From assembly GCA_965248055.1 (NCBI GenBank), contig CBDFIJ010000004.1:3264001-3328000 (forward strand): DNA of 64,000 bases. The letters are read 5' to 3'. Position numbers and translations under genes: made by a program. Below the pieces are notes generated by a model. That model was not told where the DNA came from. It ran no database searches and was given only the letters and a program-made list of their open reading frames with translations. The stretch comes from Candidatus Multivoradales bacterium (GTDB lineage: Bacteria; Acidobacteriota; Thermoanaerobaculia; Multivoradales; JAHEKO01). Positions 51,538-62,050 of the stretch are shown in pieces (positions within the stretch are counted from its first letter, which is position 1; every line of letters starts with the position of its first letter).

Positions 51538-52734
51538 ATGTATTCTGGACCGATCACTCAACACCCACCCGAAACGACCGACCAGTCGTTCGCTGAACTG
51601 GGTTTACCGGAGATTCTGCTCAAACGACTGACGGCAATTGGCTTCGAACATCCAACGCCGATTCAGCGAGAGATGATTCCTGCTGCACTCGAAGGCCGAG
51701 ATGTGGTTGGCCTGGCGCAGACCGGATCCGGGAAAACTGCCGCCTTTATCTTGCCCACCATGGCCCGCAATCTGTCTCAGCGAGGGCAAACGGTGGTGCT
51801 GTCTCCGACCCGCGAGATCGCTCAACAAACCCAGTCTTTTGTCGCCGCACTTGAAGTTCCCGGAGTGAGCTCGGTTTGCGTCATCGGTGGAGTCAAGATG
51901 GGGCCGCAGTTTGACGCCTTTGCGCGTGACCCCGATTTGGTGATCGCCACCCCTGGACGCCTGTTGGACCATCTGGAACGCGGTTCGGCAAAGCTGCACC
52001 GCACCACCGCCTTGGTTTTAGACGAAGCGGACCACATGCTCGATCTGGGGTTCTTGCCCCAAGTGCAGCGGGTGATCAACGCACTGCCCCAAGATCGTCA
52101 GACGCTTTTGTTCTCGGCGACCATGCCGCCGCCGATCGAGCGACTGGCCTCCCGCTATCTACACGATCCGGTGCGCATTGACATCTTGCCCAGCGGGCGT
52201 GCCGCCGAGGGTCTTGAGCATCATCTCTACATGGTGGAGGAGAAGGACAAGAAGCCTTGTGTATTGTCGATTCTGCATCGATCGTCAGTTAGTACTTTGG
52301 TATTTTGCCGTCGCAAAGTCGATGCCGATTGGCTGTGTAAAGTACTGCAGGACGACGGCCTTCCGGTCGAGCGCATTCATTCCGATTTGAGCCAAGCACA
52401 GCGCCGACGGGCTCTGGACGAATTCCGAGAGGGCAAGCACCGGATTTTGGTGGCCACCGATGTGGCTGCCAGAGGTTTGGATATTCCCGTCATTGGGCAC
52501 GTTGTCAATTTTGATTTGCCAGACTCGGTGGAGGACTACATCCACCGCTCCGGTCGTACCGCTCGGGGTGCCAACGAGGGATTGGTTTCCAGTATTGGTA
52601 CTTGGCGCAATCGGTCGACGATCACCGAAATCGAATCGACCCTTGGGGAATCGATCACCCGGCGAACTGCTGAGGGACTCAAACCCTACATTGAGATCAC
52701 TTCGCGCAAACGGACCTCACCGTTGAGGCGCTAG
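51538..52734 (+). CDS. DEAD-box RNA helicase (RhlE-like)
   Basis: AQTGSGKT, PTRE, DEAD, SAT, ARGLD and HRSGRTAR. Confidence 0.95.
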   Translation: MYSGPITQHPPETTDQSFAELGLPEILLKRLTAIGFEHPTPIQREMIPAALEGRDVVGLAQTGSGKTAAFILPTMARNLSQRGQTVVLSPTREIAQQTQSFVAALEVPGVSSVCVIGGVKMGPQFDAFARDPDLVIATPGRLLDHLERGSAKLHRTTALVLDEADHMLDLGFLPQVQRVINALPQDRQTLLFSATMPPPIERLASRYLHDPVRIDILPSGRAAEGLEHHLYMVEEKDKKPCVLSILHRSSVSTLVFCRRKVDADWLCKVLQDDGLPVERIHSDLSQAQRRRALDEFREGKHRILVATDVAARGLDIPVIGHVVNFDLPDSVEDYIHRSGRTARGANEGLVSSIGTWRNRSTITEIESTLGESITRRTAEGLKPYIEITSRKRTSPLRR

Positions 52735-52747
52735 AGGGCGCAATCCT

Positions 52748-54901
52748 ATGTCCGAGGATCTCATCGATCTGCCTTTGGGAGACGACGAAGACGACTTCGA
52801 TCCGTCCTTTCCCAGCGAAGACCCCCTACACCGGCCGGTTGAGCACTCGCAGCGCCCGGCCAAGAAACAAGATCGCCATCGGGGCGGTTCGAGACGGCAT
52901 TCTCGCAGACCCGCTGCGCGTCGGCGAAAGCCGATTTGGCTCTTGCTGCTGGTTCCTTTTCTCGTGCTTGCCGCCTGGTTGTACTGGCGTCCGTCTCGGC
53001 TGGAGGTTTTTCCAGAGCAACTGGCGACACTGAAAGTTGCAGTGGGCACCACCAGCGAACCAGCAGAAATTGAAATCATCAACGCGGGTCGCCGAGAGGT
53101 TGTGCTCGAAGACATTCGGGTGGCTGATAGCGAGGTCTTTTCGATCGGTGAACGGGATTGTGGTGAGACCGTGTTGGCGGGCGAAAGCTGCCATGTTCAG
53201 GTTGTGTTTTCGCCTACCGCAATGGGATCAGCTGCTGCCCGGGTAGAGATCGTCGGCAGTCAACGGGGCGGGGTCACCGAGGTCGAGATTCCAGGAGAGG
53301 GACTGGGAGCGCGCATGGTGGCAGACAAGTCACGGATCGACTTTGGCAGCACCTCGGTCGACGGCAGGAGCGCGGTACAGCTTGTGGAAGTCAGCAATCG
53401 TGGCACCTTGGCTGGCTCACTGGGGCGGGTCTCGATTGGCGGAGACAGTGACTTCCGGTTGACCGACAACGGTTGCCGGGATGCCTTAGAGCCGGGCGAA
53501 CGCTGTCGCTTGCAACTGGTGTTCTCCCCTCGTCGGATGGGAGCCCGCGACGCCCGATTGACGGCAGAGGGCAAGGTGGCAGAACCGATGTCGGCGATCG
53601 AGTTGGTTGGTCAAGGGATCGGCCCAGGATTTGAGATCGATCCGGCCTCGTTGGACTTTGGCGAATGGAAAGTGGGCTCGACTTCGACCGCCATGGGGAT
53701 CCGGTGGTTGAATCGTGGCGACGTCGAATGGACATTATCGACTCCGGTGCTGGACGGGAGCGGCTTTTCGTTGGTCTCAGATACCTGCACGCGGTCACCG
53801 ATCCCGGCTGGCGGCTCCTGCGGGGCCCGGGTGACATTTGCCCCCCAGGGCGCGGGAGCAGTGAAAGCGGCACTGCATCTCGTGCATCGCGGCGGCGAGC
53901 GGTTTCCGGCAGCGCAGTTGACCGGTGTTGGCACTGCCGCCAATCTTGAATTTGATTTGCGCAAGGTGGGTTTTGCGGCGACTCCTGTGGGGCGCACCTC
54001 GCCACCCAGGACAGTGCGATTGACCAATAGTGGTTCAGCGACGGCGTCGATTCGCTCGGTGCGGCTTGACGGTGGGACTGCGTCGTCGTTTCGCTTGCAA
54101 TCGGACTGCGGTTCAGAACTCTCTCCGGGAGCGACCTGCGTACTGCGGTTGCAGATGGAGCCCAAGAGTTCGGGATCGGTCTCTTCCTCGTTAAAGGTCG
54201 AGTCCGATGCTCCGAAATCTCCGACAGTGGTCGCCCTGGAAGGCAATGGAGCTGCCGCCAAGTTGGTGCTTTCCAGGGACCGGATTGATTTCTCCACCGT
54301 TCCCCAAGGGGAGTCCCAGGACTTACAGATTGCGATTCAAAACGCAGGTTCGGCGCCGCTCGATCTGCCCAAAGTGACGATTGAAGGAAGTGGATTCGGC
54401 GTGCGTGGCGATGATTGTTCCAGTCGGATGATTGTCTCCGGGGCGGACTGTGAAATCGTGGTTCGTTTTCAGCCGAAGAACCCGGGAGCGCACGTTGGAG
54501 CCTTGGTCGTTCACTCCGCTGTCGGCGAGCGACGGATTCCTCTTTCCGGGCTGGCTGGGGCGCCGCCGGTACCGCGTGCCTCGGTGGATCGCTCCAGTAT
54601 TGATTTTGAGACTACTGGCGCTGGCAGCAGGAGTCCGGCGGAGACGTTAACTCTGATTTCCCACGGTCCAGGGCGACTGGAGATTTGGGAAATCGTCATC
54701 GATGGTGAGGGTAGTGGCGCCTTTCGCCTAGTGCCCGCGACCTGCCAGAACGTCCCCCATTTGTTTGCTGGAAGTCGCTGTACCGTGGGTATTCGATTCC
54801 AACCGTCGACTACCGGTGAGCACAGTGGAACTGTGACCATTCGCACCAACGCTGAGCCCGCGAGAATCCGTATCGCACTACGCGGTCAAAGTCCGTTCTA
54901 G
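52748..54901 (+). CDS. membrane-anchored protein with about six tandem ASH/choice-of-anchor D Ig-like domains
   Basis: Repeats of DFG...NxG...F...C...C.+.+.F.P. Confidence 0.8.
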   Translation: MSEDLIDLPLGDDEDDFDPSFPSEDPLHRPVEHSQRPAKKQDRHRGGSRRHSRRPAARRRKPIWLLLLVPFLVLAAWLYWRPSRLEVFPEQLATLKVAVGTTSEPAEIEIINAGRREVVLEDIRVADSEVFSIGERDCGETVLAGESCHVQVVFSPTAMGSAAARVEIVGSQRGGVTEVEIPGEGLGARMVADKSRIDFGSTSVDGRSAVQLVEVSNRGTLAGSLGRVSIGGDSDFRLTDNGCRDALEPGERCRLQLVFSPRRMGARDARLTAEGKVAEPMSAIELVGQGIGPGFEIDPASLDFGEWKVGSTSTAMGIRWLNRGDVEWTLSTPVLDGSGFSLVSDTCTRSPIPAGGSCGARVTFAPQGAGAVKAALHLVHRGGERFPAAQLTGVGTAANLEFDLRKVGFAATPVGRTSPPRTVRLTNSGSATASIRSVRLDGGTASSFRLQSDCGSELSPGATCVLRLQMEPKSSGSVSSSLKVESDAPKSPTVVALEGNGAAAKLVLSRDRIDFSTVPQGESQDLQIAIQNAGSAPLDLPKVTIEGSGFGVRGDDCSSRMIVSGADCEIVVRFQPKNPGAHVGALVVHSAVGERRIPLSGLAGAPPVPRASVDRSSIDFETTGAGSRSPAETLTLISHGPGRLEIWEIVIDGEGSGAFRLVPATCQNVPHLFAGSRCTVGIRFQPSTTGEHSGTVTIRTNAEPARIRIALRGQSPF

Positions 54902-54916
54902 GAGGTTCCTAACTCC

Positions 54917-55687
54917 ATGACCGAAACGACGATCCAGTTGCAGGTCGGCGGCCAATCGGTGTCCGGGGTGCTTGAAGGGCCGGCCGATACATCAACGCCG
55001 ATCGTTGTCCATCTACACGGTTTTGGCTCCCACGCGTTTGGTACCAAAGGAACGTTTTTCAGCCGAAAGTTTATCGAGCGAGGTGTTCCGTTTTGCCGCT
55101 TTGACCTGCGCGGGCATGGCGAGTCTGGAGGAGACCTCAGAGACGCGACCGTGGGGCGCAACCTGGATGACTTGACGGTGGTGATGGGTGAACTACGTCG
55201 ACGCGGTTGGCAGGAATTCATTCTCGCCGGGTCGTCGTATGGCGCCTTGACTCAACTGGTCTACGCCAGCCAACATCCGCAGGGAATTCGCGCCTGTATT
55301 GGAATCGCTCCAGCCATCGGATTAGCTGCCTCCATTCGTCGGCGAGAAGGGGCGGAGCGTTTGGCGCTGTGGAAGGCGTTGGGTTCGGCGCCGCTCGCGG
55401 GCGAGTCTGGATCCTTGGCCCGGAGCTTTTTTGAAGATGCCGAGCTCTGGCAGTCGCGGCAATTGGCGCAAGACCTCGCTTGTCCGTGCCTGCTGTTTCA
55501 CGGAATGCAGGATGCCGAAATCGACTGGCCTGGAGTGCAACAGTTCGCTGCATTGGCTAGTGATGTCGAGTTGCACGGCTTCGTTGATGGAGACCACCTA
55601 CTGCAGGAACGCTTGGATCACACTTGGAGTGAAATCGACCTATTTCTGTGTCGAACGTTGGATCGCTTCTTGATCAACGATGAGTGA
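54917..55687 (+). CDS. alpha/beta hydrolase
   Basis: HGFGS, DLRGHGES, GSSYG, HGMQD and DGDH. Confidence 0.88.
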   Translation: MTETTIQLQVGGQSVSGVLEGPADTSTPIVVHLHGFGSHAFGTKGTFFSRKFIERGVPFCRFDLRGHGESGGDLRDATVGRNLDDLTVVMGELRRRGWQEFILAGSSYGALTQLVYASQHPQGIRACIGIAPAIGLAASIRRREGAERLALWKALGSAPLAGESGSLARSFFEDAELWQSRQLAQDLACPCLLFHGMQDAEIDWPGVQQFAALASDVELHGFVDGDHLLQERLDHTWSEIDLFLCRTLDRFLINDE

Positions 55688-55695
55688 GTAGGAGT

Positions 55696-55720
55696 TGGCG
55701 TCAACCAGAGTGACGCCGAC
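55696..55720. terminator. possible hairpin between convergent genes
   Basis: ggcgtca..tgacgcc inverted repeat. Confidence 0.3.
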
Positions 55721-55802
55721 TCAGCCAGCGACACCGTCTAGTCGAAACGAGCCGACAGCAGCAATTGGTTGGCGGGCAGCAGAATTGGCCGGCGGGTACT
55801 AA

Positions 55803-57080
55803 CTACAGGTCGGTGTAGAGCGCTCGCACCTCGGTGTCGACGTCTGATTCACCTTCGCTGCGGGCAATGATCGCCGCGCCGCAGGAATCGGAAAACACAT
55901 TGACCGCGGTTCGATACATGTCCAAAGGTCGGTCAATCGCCAACATAGCGCCCACCATCAGTTCGACTTCCGGACCCCGCAGACCGACCGCCTCCAGAAC
56001 GATGAAGATCACCACCAGACCAGCTGAAGGAATCGCCGCGGCACCGATGGACGCCAAGAGTGCAGTAAACACCACTGTCAACTGGCCGACGAACCCCAGT
56101 TCGTAGCCCATGGCTTGGGCGATGAAGAGCACTCCGGCGCACTCGTAGAGCGCAGTCCCATCCATGTTGACGGTGGCCCCCATCGGCAGCACAAAGGAGG
56201 AAATGCGGTTCGACACACCGACCTGTTTTTCTACTGCGTTGATGGTCACCGGCAAGGTGGCACTCGACGAACTGGTGGAGAAGGCGACCAATAATGGACT
56301 GCGCATATTGCGTACGTGAATCATCGGCTTGATCCGGCCCCAGAACTTGAGCAGCAAGGGCAAGCTGATGAATAGATGAAAGGTCAAAGCGATGGCGATG
56401 GTCAGCATGTACAGCCCGAGCGCACGAAAGGATTCGAATCCGGTGCGCGCGACCACTGATGTCACCATGGCAAAGACGCCAATCGGCAATAGGGCGATGA
56501 TCCCCTGAGTCAAACGCATCATCGCCGCGAACGCCGCGTCAAAGAAACCGGTCATCCGAGATCGATGTGGCTCCGCCAACCCGGCGATCGCGGCGCCGAG
56601 CAGGATGCTGAAAAAGATCACCGCCAAGATATTGGGCTGCGAGGCGGCAGCAAAGATATTGCGCGGCACGATGTCGAGCAGGACCTCGCTGGCAGAACTT
56701 GGGGTAGAGAGCTCCGGCAGTTCTTGGCGCACCGCACCGACGATATTGGCGCCGACTCCGGGTTTGATGATGTTGACCACCACTAGGCCCGCTGAGATCG
56801 CCATCAGACTACTGACGACGTAGTACCCCATGGTCTTGGAAAACAGTCGACCCAGAGCTCGTCCACTGCCCACTGAGGCAACTCCGGAAGTGATCGAGGT
56901 GAAAATCAACGGCACGATCACCATGCGCAGTAAGCGCATAAAAATCTCGCGGATCCAGTCGATGCGCGAAGCCAAGGGCTCGCCGAATAGCAACCCGGCA
57001 ACAATCCCGAGAACCATGGCAACTGCTACTTGCCAGTAGAGTCGGCGGTACCAAGGACCTGAGGTAAGTACTTCTGACAT
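55803..57080 (-). CDS. dicarboxylate/amino acid:cation symporter
   Basis: AFSTSSSSATLP, GATVNMDG and DMYRTAVN. Confidence 0.93.
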   Translation of the reverse strand: MSEVLTSGPWYRRLYWQVAVAMVLGIVAGLLFGEPLASRIDWIREIFMRLLRMVIVPLIFTSITSGVASVGSGRALGRLFSKTMGYYVVSSLMAISAGLVVVNIIKPGVGANIVGAVRQELPELSTPSSASEVLLDIVPRNIFAAASQPNILAVIFFSILLGAAIAGLAEPHRSRMTGFFDAAFAAMMRLTQGIIALLPIGVFAMVTSVVARTGFESFRALGLYMLTIAIALTFHLFISLPLLLKFWGRIKPMIHVRNMRSPLLVAFSTSSSSATLPVTINAVEKQVGVSNRISSFVLPMGATVNMDGTALYECAGVLFIAQAMGYELGFVGQLTVVFTALLASIGAAAIPSAGLVVIFIVLEAVGLRGPEVELMVGAMLAIDRPLDMYRTAVNVFSDSCGAAIIARSEGESDVDTEVRALYTDL

Positions 57081-57273
57081 CCGCCGAGACTAGGGGAGAG
57101 GGACCGGATCTTGCAAATGGAAGCGATCGTGGAGTGGTGAGAGCCGACCCAGCCGGTTTAGTTGGGACAATAACTTCTTTGGCCTGTGCTCAGCCGCGAA
57201 CCGCCTTCAGGAGAACAAGATTGTGACCATGCGACGCCCGAATCGACCGTGCTACGCTGCCTTTGTGGCAGCC

Positions 57274-59187
57274 ATGAATCAGTTGAGGTTCGCTTTCTTG
57301 AGTGCGATTTTGACGCTCAGCTTGTTCGGGGTTGAGTCTGCTCTGGGGCAGCCATCCGTCTCAGCCGCGACCGGGGATCCTTTTGAACTATTTGCACTTG
57401 CCCGCGAAGTTTCCGCGACCGGCGAGCTACAAGAGGCCAACGCACTGTGGCTGCAAGGGTTGGAATTGTTTCCCTCCGAACCCTATGCACGCCTCGAATA
57501 CGCGGAACAATTGCGCCGCTGGAGGCGTATCGAGGAGGCCGCGGAGCAATACCAAGTGGCCTCTGAATTGGCTCCCGAGAACCCAGACATTCTGTGGGCA
57601 GCGGGGTTGTTCTTTCGCCGACACACAGACTCCACCGCCAACGCTCTGGACCGAAGTGAGGCATTGTTGAGTCGACTGCTGGAGATCAATCCTGACGATC
57701 ATCGAGCGTGGGTGGAGCTTGGAGTGGTGTACCTGAGTCGTCGCCAGTATGCACCGGCGGCTGACTCCTTTCGCCAAGCGCGGGAAATAGCACCGTTTAA
57801 CTTGGCGGCCTCGGGCTACCTAGCCGAAGCCTTGATGCGCTCGGAAAATCCTGGAGAGGCCGAAGAGGTTCTCCGCGACCTACTCGAAAAGGATCCTTTT
57901 CAGCTTCGCGCTCGGATCGCCTTGACCAAGATGTTTTCGGATCGTGGGGAGGTATTCGAGGCGGTGGAATTGTTGCGCCAAGCTCCGGTCGAGCAGGCCA
58001 ATGACCCGGGTCTAAGTCGCCGACTAGCGATTCTACTGGTCGAGGCCGATCAGCATGAGAAAGCCCGGAGTCTACTGTCGTCGTTGTTAGCGACCTCGCC
58101 CGGTGATCAAGAACTGCGGCGGCTGGCGGTGCGATTGGAGTCCGCGGTGGGGCGTTACGATCAAGCCGCAGACCTATTGCGAAGCTATGTCGCCACTTCT
58201 CCCGAGGACTTGCCTGCGACATTGGAGCTCGCCGAATATCTGCAGATCTTGGGCCTGCACGAAGAGGCCACCGAAGTTCTGGGTCGCAGCCGCGATGCCC
58301 TTGCCGATGGAACCGAGGGACGTCGCCGAGCGACCCTGCTGAGGCTCGATCTGCTGGGTCGGTCCGGGCAGTGGAGCACAGTGGTCGAAGAGACAGCTCC
58401 GTTGGTCGAAAACCCCCAGGGGCCCGACTGGACGGTGTTTCCGTTGTACGCCGAGGCGCTGTTTCATACCAAAGGACTCAAAGCCTCGCGGCGTGCGTTG
58501 AATCGCCTTGCCGAGGCTGACTCCGACGTCGAACCCGCGGTACGGGCCAAAGAGGGTGAGTTGCTGCTGCTGGCGGGGGAAGAGGACCAGGCCCGCCAGG
58601 TGCTGGCCGAACTGGCGGCTCGAGAAGGAGTGCTCGGTCCCTCTTTGGTGGCTAGGGTGTGGTCGATTCGCGATCGACCGGAAGAAGCGGTTGAGTTCGC
58701 TGCCGAGGCGGTTCGCCGTGCTCCGGACAGACTTGAGACCCGCTACCAATGGGCGGTGGCGTTGGACACAGCCGATCGCTGGCTGGAGGCGGAGCGCGAG
58801 TTATTGACGATTCTGAAACAGGAGCCGGTCCACGGCCCGGCACTTAACTTTCTCGGCTACTCCTGGGCCGAGCAGGGCATCAACCTGGAGCAAGCCCTGG
58901 AGTTGACCCTTCGCGCTGTCGAGACCAGCCCGGACAACGGCGCGTACCTTGATTCCTTGGGCTGGGCGTACTTTGGCTTGCAGCGCTTTCAAGAGGCTCG
59001 GCCTTATTTGGAAAAAGCGGCGGCGTTGATCCCCAATGACGCTGTGATCTTGGAACACTTGGGCGATCTATACCGGGCGATTGGTGAGAACGAGAAAGCC
59101 CGCACCTTCTATCAATGGGCGGTCAAAACTGGCGATGGGGGAGATGAATTGACCGGCAAGCTTGGGAACCTTCCGGAGGATGGCTAG
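57274..59187 (+). CDS. exported TPR protein (PA4667/BamD-like neighbourhood type)
   Basis: TPR repeats; ALNFLGY, YLDSLGW and EHLGD. Confidence 0.88.
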   Translation: MNQLRFAFLSAILTLSLFGVESALGQPSVSAATGDPFELFALAREVSATGELQEANALWLQGLELFPSEPYARLEYAEQLRRWRRIEEAAEQYQVASELAPENPDILWAAGLFFRRHTDSTANALDRSEALLSRLLEINPDDHRAWVELGVVYLSRRQYAPAADSFRQAREIAPFNLAASGYLAEALMRSENPGEAEEVLRDLLEKDPFQLRARIALTKMFSDRGEVFEAVELLRQAPVEQANDPGLSRRLAILLVEADQHEKARSLLSSLLATSPGDQELRRLAVRLESAVGRYDQAADLLRSYVATSPEDLPATLELAEYLQILGLHEEATEVLGRSRDALADGTEGRRRATLLRLDLLGRSGQWSTVVEETAPLVENPQGPDWTVFPLYAEALFHTKGLKASRRALNRLAEADSDVEPAVRAKEGELLLLAGEEDQARQVLAELAAREGVLGPSLVARVWSIRDRPEEAVEFAAEAVRRAPDRLETRYQWAVALDTADRWLEAERELLTILKQEPVHGPALNFLGYSWAEQGINLEQALELTLRAVETSPDNGAYLDSLGWAYFGLQRFQEARPYLEKAAALIPNDAVILEHLGDLYRAIGENEKARTFYQWAVKTGDGGDELTGKLGNLPEDG

Positions 59188-59797
59188 GGTTCGCCGTCTC
59201 CGGTCGCTGGCACTGGGTCAGCGAGTGCTTCGCAGTGCGGCCTGGACCCTGCTGGTGCTATCTCTGGCCGCCTGTGCTCACCGACAATCGATAGAGCCGG
59301 TGCTCGGGGCCACCCACACCTTGGCGGAGCCCAAAGCTCCGATCCGCTGTCTGTTTCAAGTGGAGTTTCAGCAGCAACAAAAAAGTGGACGTTTTCGCAT
59401 GGTTCTCTGGGAAGACGCGGTTGGTTTTCGAGTTGTTGCTTCCGACCCCATCGGTCGCGGTCTTTGGATCTACGATCAATCGACTGATCGCGGCGTGTGG
59501 ATCGACAAAAAGGGCAAGTCTCGTTGCGACCTTGACGGCAGCGCGGCGATTCAGGTCGAGGACTTTGGGGCGGTTGAAATCAGCGCCATTCCGGACTTGT
59601 TGCTCGGCCGCCCAGCCTCAGTGCCGGAAGGGATGGTGGTTGAGATCGGTGAGCAGGAATCCTGGCTTCAGCGATCCGGGGTTCGCATTGGCTGGCGTCG
59701 CAGCCACTGTGAGCAATCTGAGGAGGTACGCCCGAGCCTAGACCGCTACCGGGATTGGCCGCAGGTTTGCGCACACCGAGCGGGAATTGGAAAATAG
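59180..59797 (+). CDS. LolB-like lipoprotein
   Basis: LAAC lipobox; position directly after the TPR gene. Confidence 0.5.
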   Translation: MARVRRLRSLALGQRVLRSAAWTLLVLSLAACAHRQSIEPVLGATHTLAEPKAPIRCLFQVEFQQQQKSGRFRMVLWEDAVGFRVVASDPIGRGLWIYDQSTDRGVWIDKKGKSRCDLDGSAAIQVEDFGAVEISAIPDLLLGRPASVPEGMVVEIGEQESWLQRSGVRIGWRRSHCEQSEEVRPSLDRYRDWPQVCAHRAGIGK

Positions 59798-59891
59798 CCG
59801 TCGATGGTCTGGGGCTGGTAGCATCCCGCAGCTTGTCAGGGAGCGCTCGGTGGCGCACCCTTAGAGACGACCGAAACCAAGGAGGGTTGAG

Positions 59892-60524
59892 ATGCAAATT
59901 ACCGATGTACGGGTATTTCCTGTGCGCGACGAAAAGCTCAGAGCTTTCGTGTCGGTGGTCTTCGAAGGCTGCTTCATGGTCAATGACATCAAGGTGATCA
60001 ACGGTCGCGATGGCTACTTCATCAGCATGCCCAGCCGGCGCAAGAAAAACGGCGACTTCAAAGACATTGCCCATCCGCTCAACTCCGAAACGCGGAGAAT
60101 GCTGGAAGAGCGAATTCTGGATGAATACGAGCAAGTGGTCGCCCTGGATCAGCCTGCGGTGCGTCGCTACGAAGAGCAGTCGCCTAGCGGCAACAATCGA
60201 CCACCAGCTCGGAAATTCCCCGCTCCAAGCCAAGCTCCAGCCCCAGATCGAACTACAGTTCCGGCACCGGTTTCAGCAGCGGCAACAGAGATTCAAGCTG
60301 CCACCGAGAGGCCTATGCCTACCCCAGAGAGCACAGTAGAATCGTCGCAGCCCCAACCTCAGGCAACGTCTGGCAATGCCGATGCGGTTGAGGCAGTAGA
60401 GGATCGTGACGAGGACCACGACCTTGGTCCGGGTGGAGGAGATTTCGACAGCAGTAGCCAGTCCGAACCTAAGGATCTCGACGAAGTGGTAGAAAACCAC
60501 CTGTCCGATTCTTTTTGGTCCTAG
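59892..60524 (+). CDS. spoVG: SpoVG with a long low-complexity C-terminal extension
   Basis: MQITDVRV, DIKVI, MPSR and DIAHP. Confidence 0.9.
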   Translation: MQITDVRVFPVRDEKLRAFVSVVFEGCFMVNDIKVINGRDGYFISMPSRRKKNGDFKDIAHPLNSETRRMLEERILDEYEQVVALDQPAVRRYEEQSPSGNNRPPARKFPAPSQAPAPDRTTVPAPVSAAATEIQAATERPMPTPESTVESSQPQPQATSGNADAVEAVEDRDEDHDLGPGGGDFDSSSQSEPKDLDEVVENHLSDSFWS

Positions 60525-60557
60525 TTGATCCAGTTCAGGCGTTTTCAGCAACGATAT

Positions 60558-60633
60558 TGGGGCGTGGCCAAGTGGTTAAGGCACCGGACTTTGAATCCGG
60601 CATTCGCAGGTTCGAACCCTGCCGCCCCAGCCA
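60558..60633 (+). tRNA. tRNA-Gln(TTG)
   Basis: Cloverleaf with anticodon arm ccgga-cttTGaa-tccgg (TTG), GGTTCGAA T-loop and encoded CCA. Confidence 0.95.
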
Positions 60634-60861
60634 ACCTTTCTGGTTGTAAAACAACAACTTAACGAAAGTCACTCAAGCTAGAACAGGCAGTCCATCTGGG
60701 CTCTATCCGCAATCAATCTTCGATGTTTCTTTCTTGAGTTCCGACTTATCACGCCGAGGGCTCAGGCCTCAGTTCTCTAGAGTTCGACGCTAAACCCGGC
60801 TCGCTACGCCTTCGTATCAGCGGGAGCAGCCCGACTACACCGATCAACCGACGGAGAAACG

Positions 60862-61404
60862 ATGACAGATCTCATTCAAGCCAGCCAGCCCATCGACACC
60901 AGCTTGTTCGTTAACGGCGAGACAACAACGCACTTCACGGTCGAAGCAGTCATCAACGCTCCGGTGGAGTTGGTCTACCGCGCCTGGACAGACGGAGACG
61001 CTTTCAAAGCCGCCTATGGTCCCGAACGCGAGGAACTCCGTGCCGACATCGACCTCACCATCGGTGGTCGTTACGAGTGGCTGTGGGATGGCGTCATCGG
61101 CAGCAACGGCTGTCAGGTTTTGAGTTTCATCCCCGGTCGCATGGTCAGCTTCAGCTGGAACGCTCCACCGACCGAGCCCGAAAGTCGTACCCTACGCACT
61201 TGGGTCGTCGTCGAATTCTCACCCACCGAAGACAGGCCCATCGGAGACAGTGCCACCGAAGACGGCGGCACCCACATTCGCCTCACCCACCTTGGCATCG
61301 GCGAAGCAGAACACTGGCAAGAAACCCGTGCCTACTTCCAAGACATGGCCTGGCCCCATGTTTTGCAACAATTTCGCCAGAACCTGGCGAGTGAGAGCGA
61401 CTAA
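60862..61404 (+). CDS. SRPBCC/AHSA1-like protein
   Basis: INAPVELVYRAWT, GGRY and THIRLTH. Confidence 0.85.
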   Translation: MTDLIQASQPIDTSLFVNGETTTHFTVEAVINAPVELVYRAWTDGDAFKAAYGPEREELRADIDLTIGGRYEWLWDGVIGSNGCQVLSFIPGRMVSFSWNAPPTEPESRTLRTWVVVEFSPTEDRPIGDSATEDGGTHIRLTHLGIGEAEHWQETRAYFQDMAWPHVLQQFRQNLASESD

Positions 61405-61701
61405 TTACTTCTATTGGGAAAAAGCGTGCGTGGCACGACACAAGTCCCGTTGAACTGGCGCCGCGCCACTCAGCGAAAGGAGCGGGAGTACGTCTATGAC
61501 TCGTACTCCCGCGAGCGCGTTCGTGTCGTTAGTCCAGCCGAACAAATAGTTCCTGAGCAAGAAACAAACCGCACTCCCTAGTAACAACGGTAAACAGAGG
61601 CCAAGTCTGCCACCCGGGGGTTGGGAGCAGATCACACTGCTCGTCCTTACGGATAGCTTCGCTGCTATCCCCGCCAACAGTAAGCCCACTATTTGGCTGG
61701 A

Positions 61702-62050
61702 CGGAACCTGCCAACGATAATGAGACACACGTCATCTTTAATTAGTGAGCATCGCCAAGCGATGATCGATCCCGATCTGGTGGGTTGATCCAGACAGCGT
61801 CGGGTAATGGTTTTGGCTTCGGGCAGCCGCGTACGAAGCGCTCGGGTTTATTGAGAAAAACATCAGCCAGAACACTGGTTCTGTGGTCGAGGACAACTGC
61901 GCCGTCTCCCCTCCGGCTCCCTCGTCGCTACGCTCCTCGGTCGCCTTCGGCGAGACGGGCAATATGGGCTGATTCTGAAACATACTGAAACCTCCTTCCG
62001 CCCTCTAATTATCAGGGGGCCAAGTGTCTCAGCTACGTTGGCAGATAGGG
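61702..62050 (-). mobile_element. 349-bp non-autonomous IS3 derivative (MITE-like)
   Basis: 61702-61894 is the exact reverse complement of 27272-27464; the other end has a matching IR and an orfA-like EERSDE start. Confidence 0.88.

Noticed and set aside
61411-61700. ORF or hairpin (gggagtacg...cgtactccc) next to the MITE
   Set aside because: No recognisable product; probably a gene remnant or terminator, and too weak to call.
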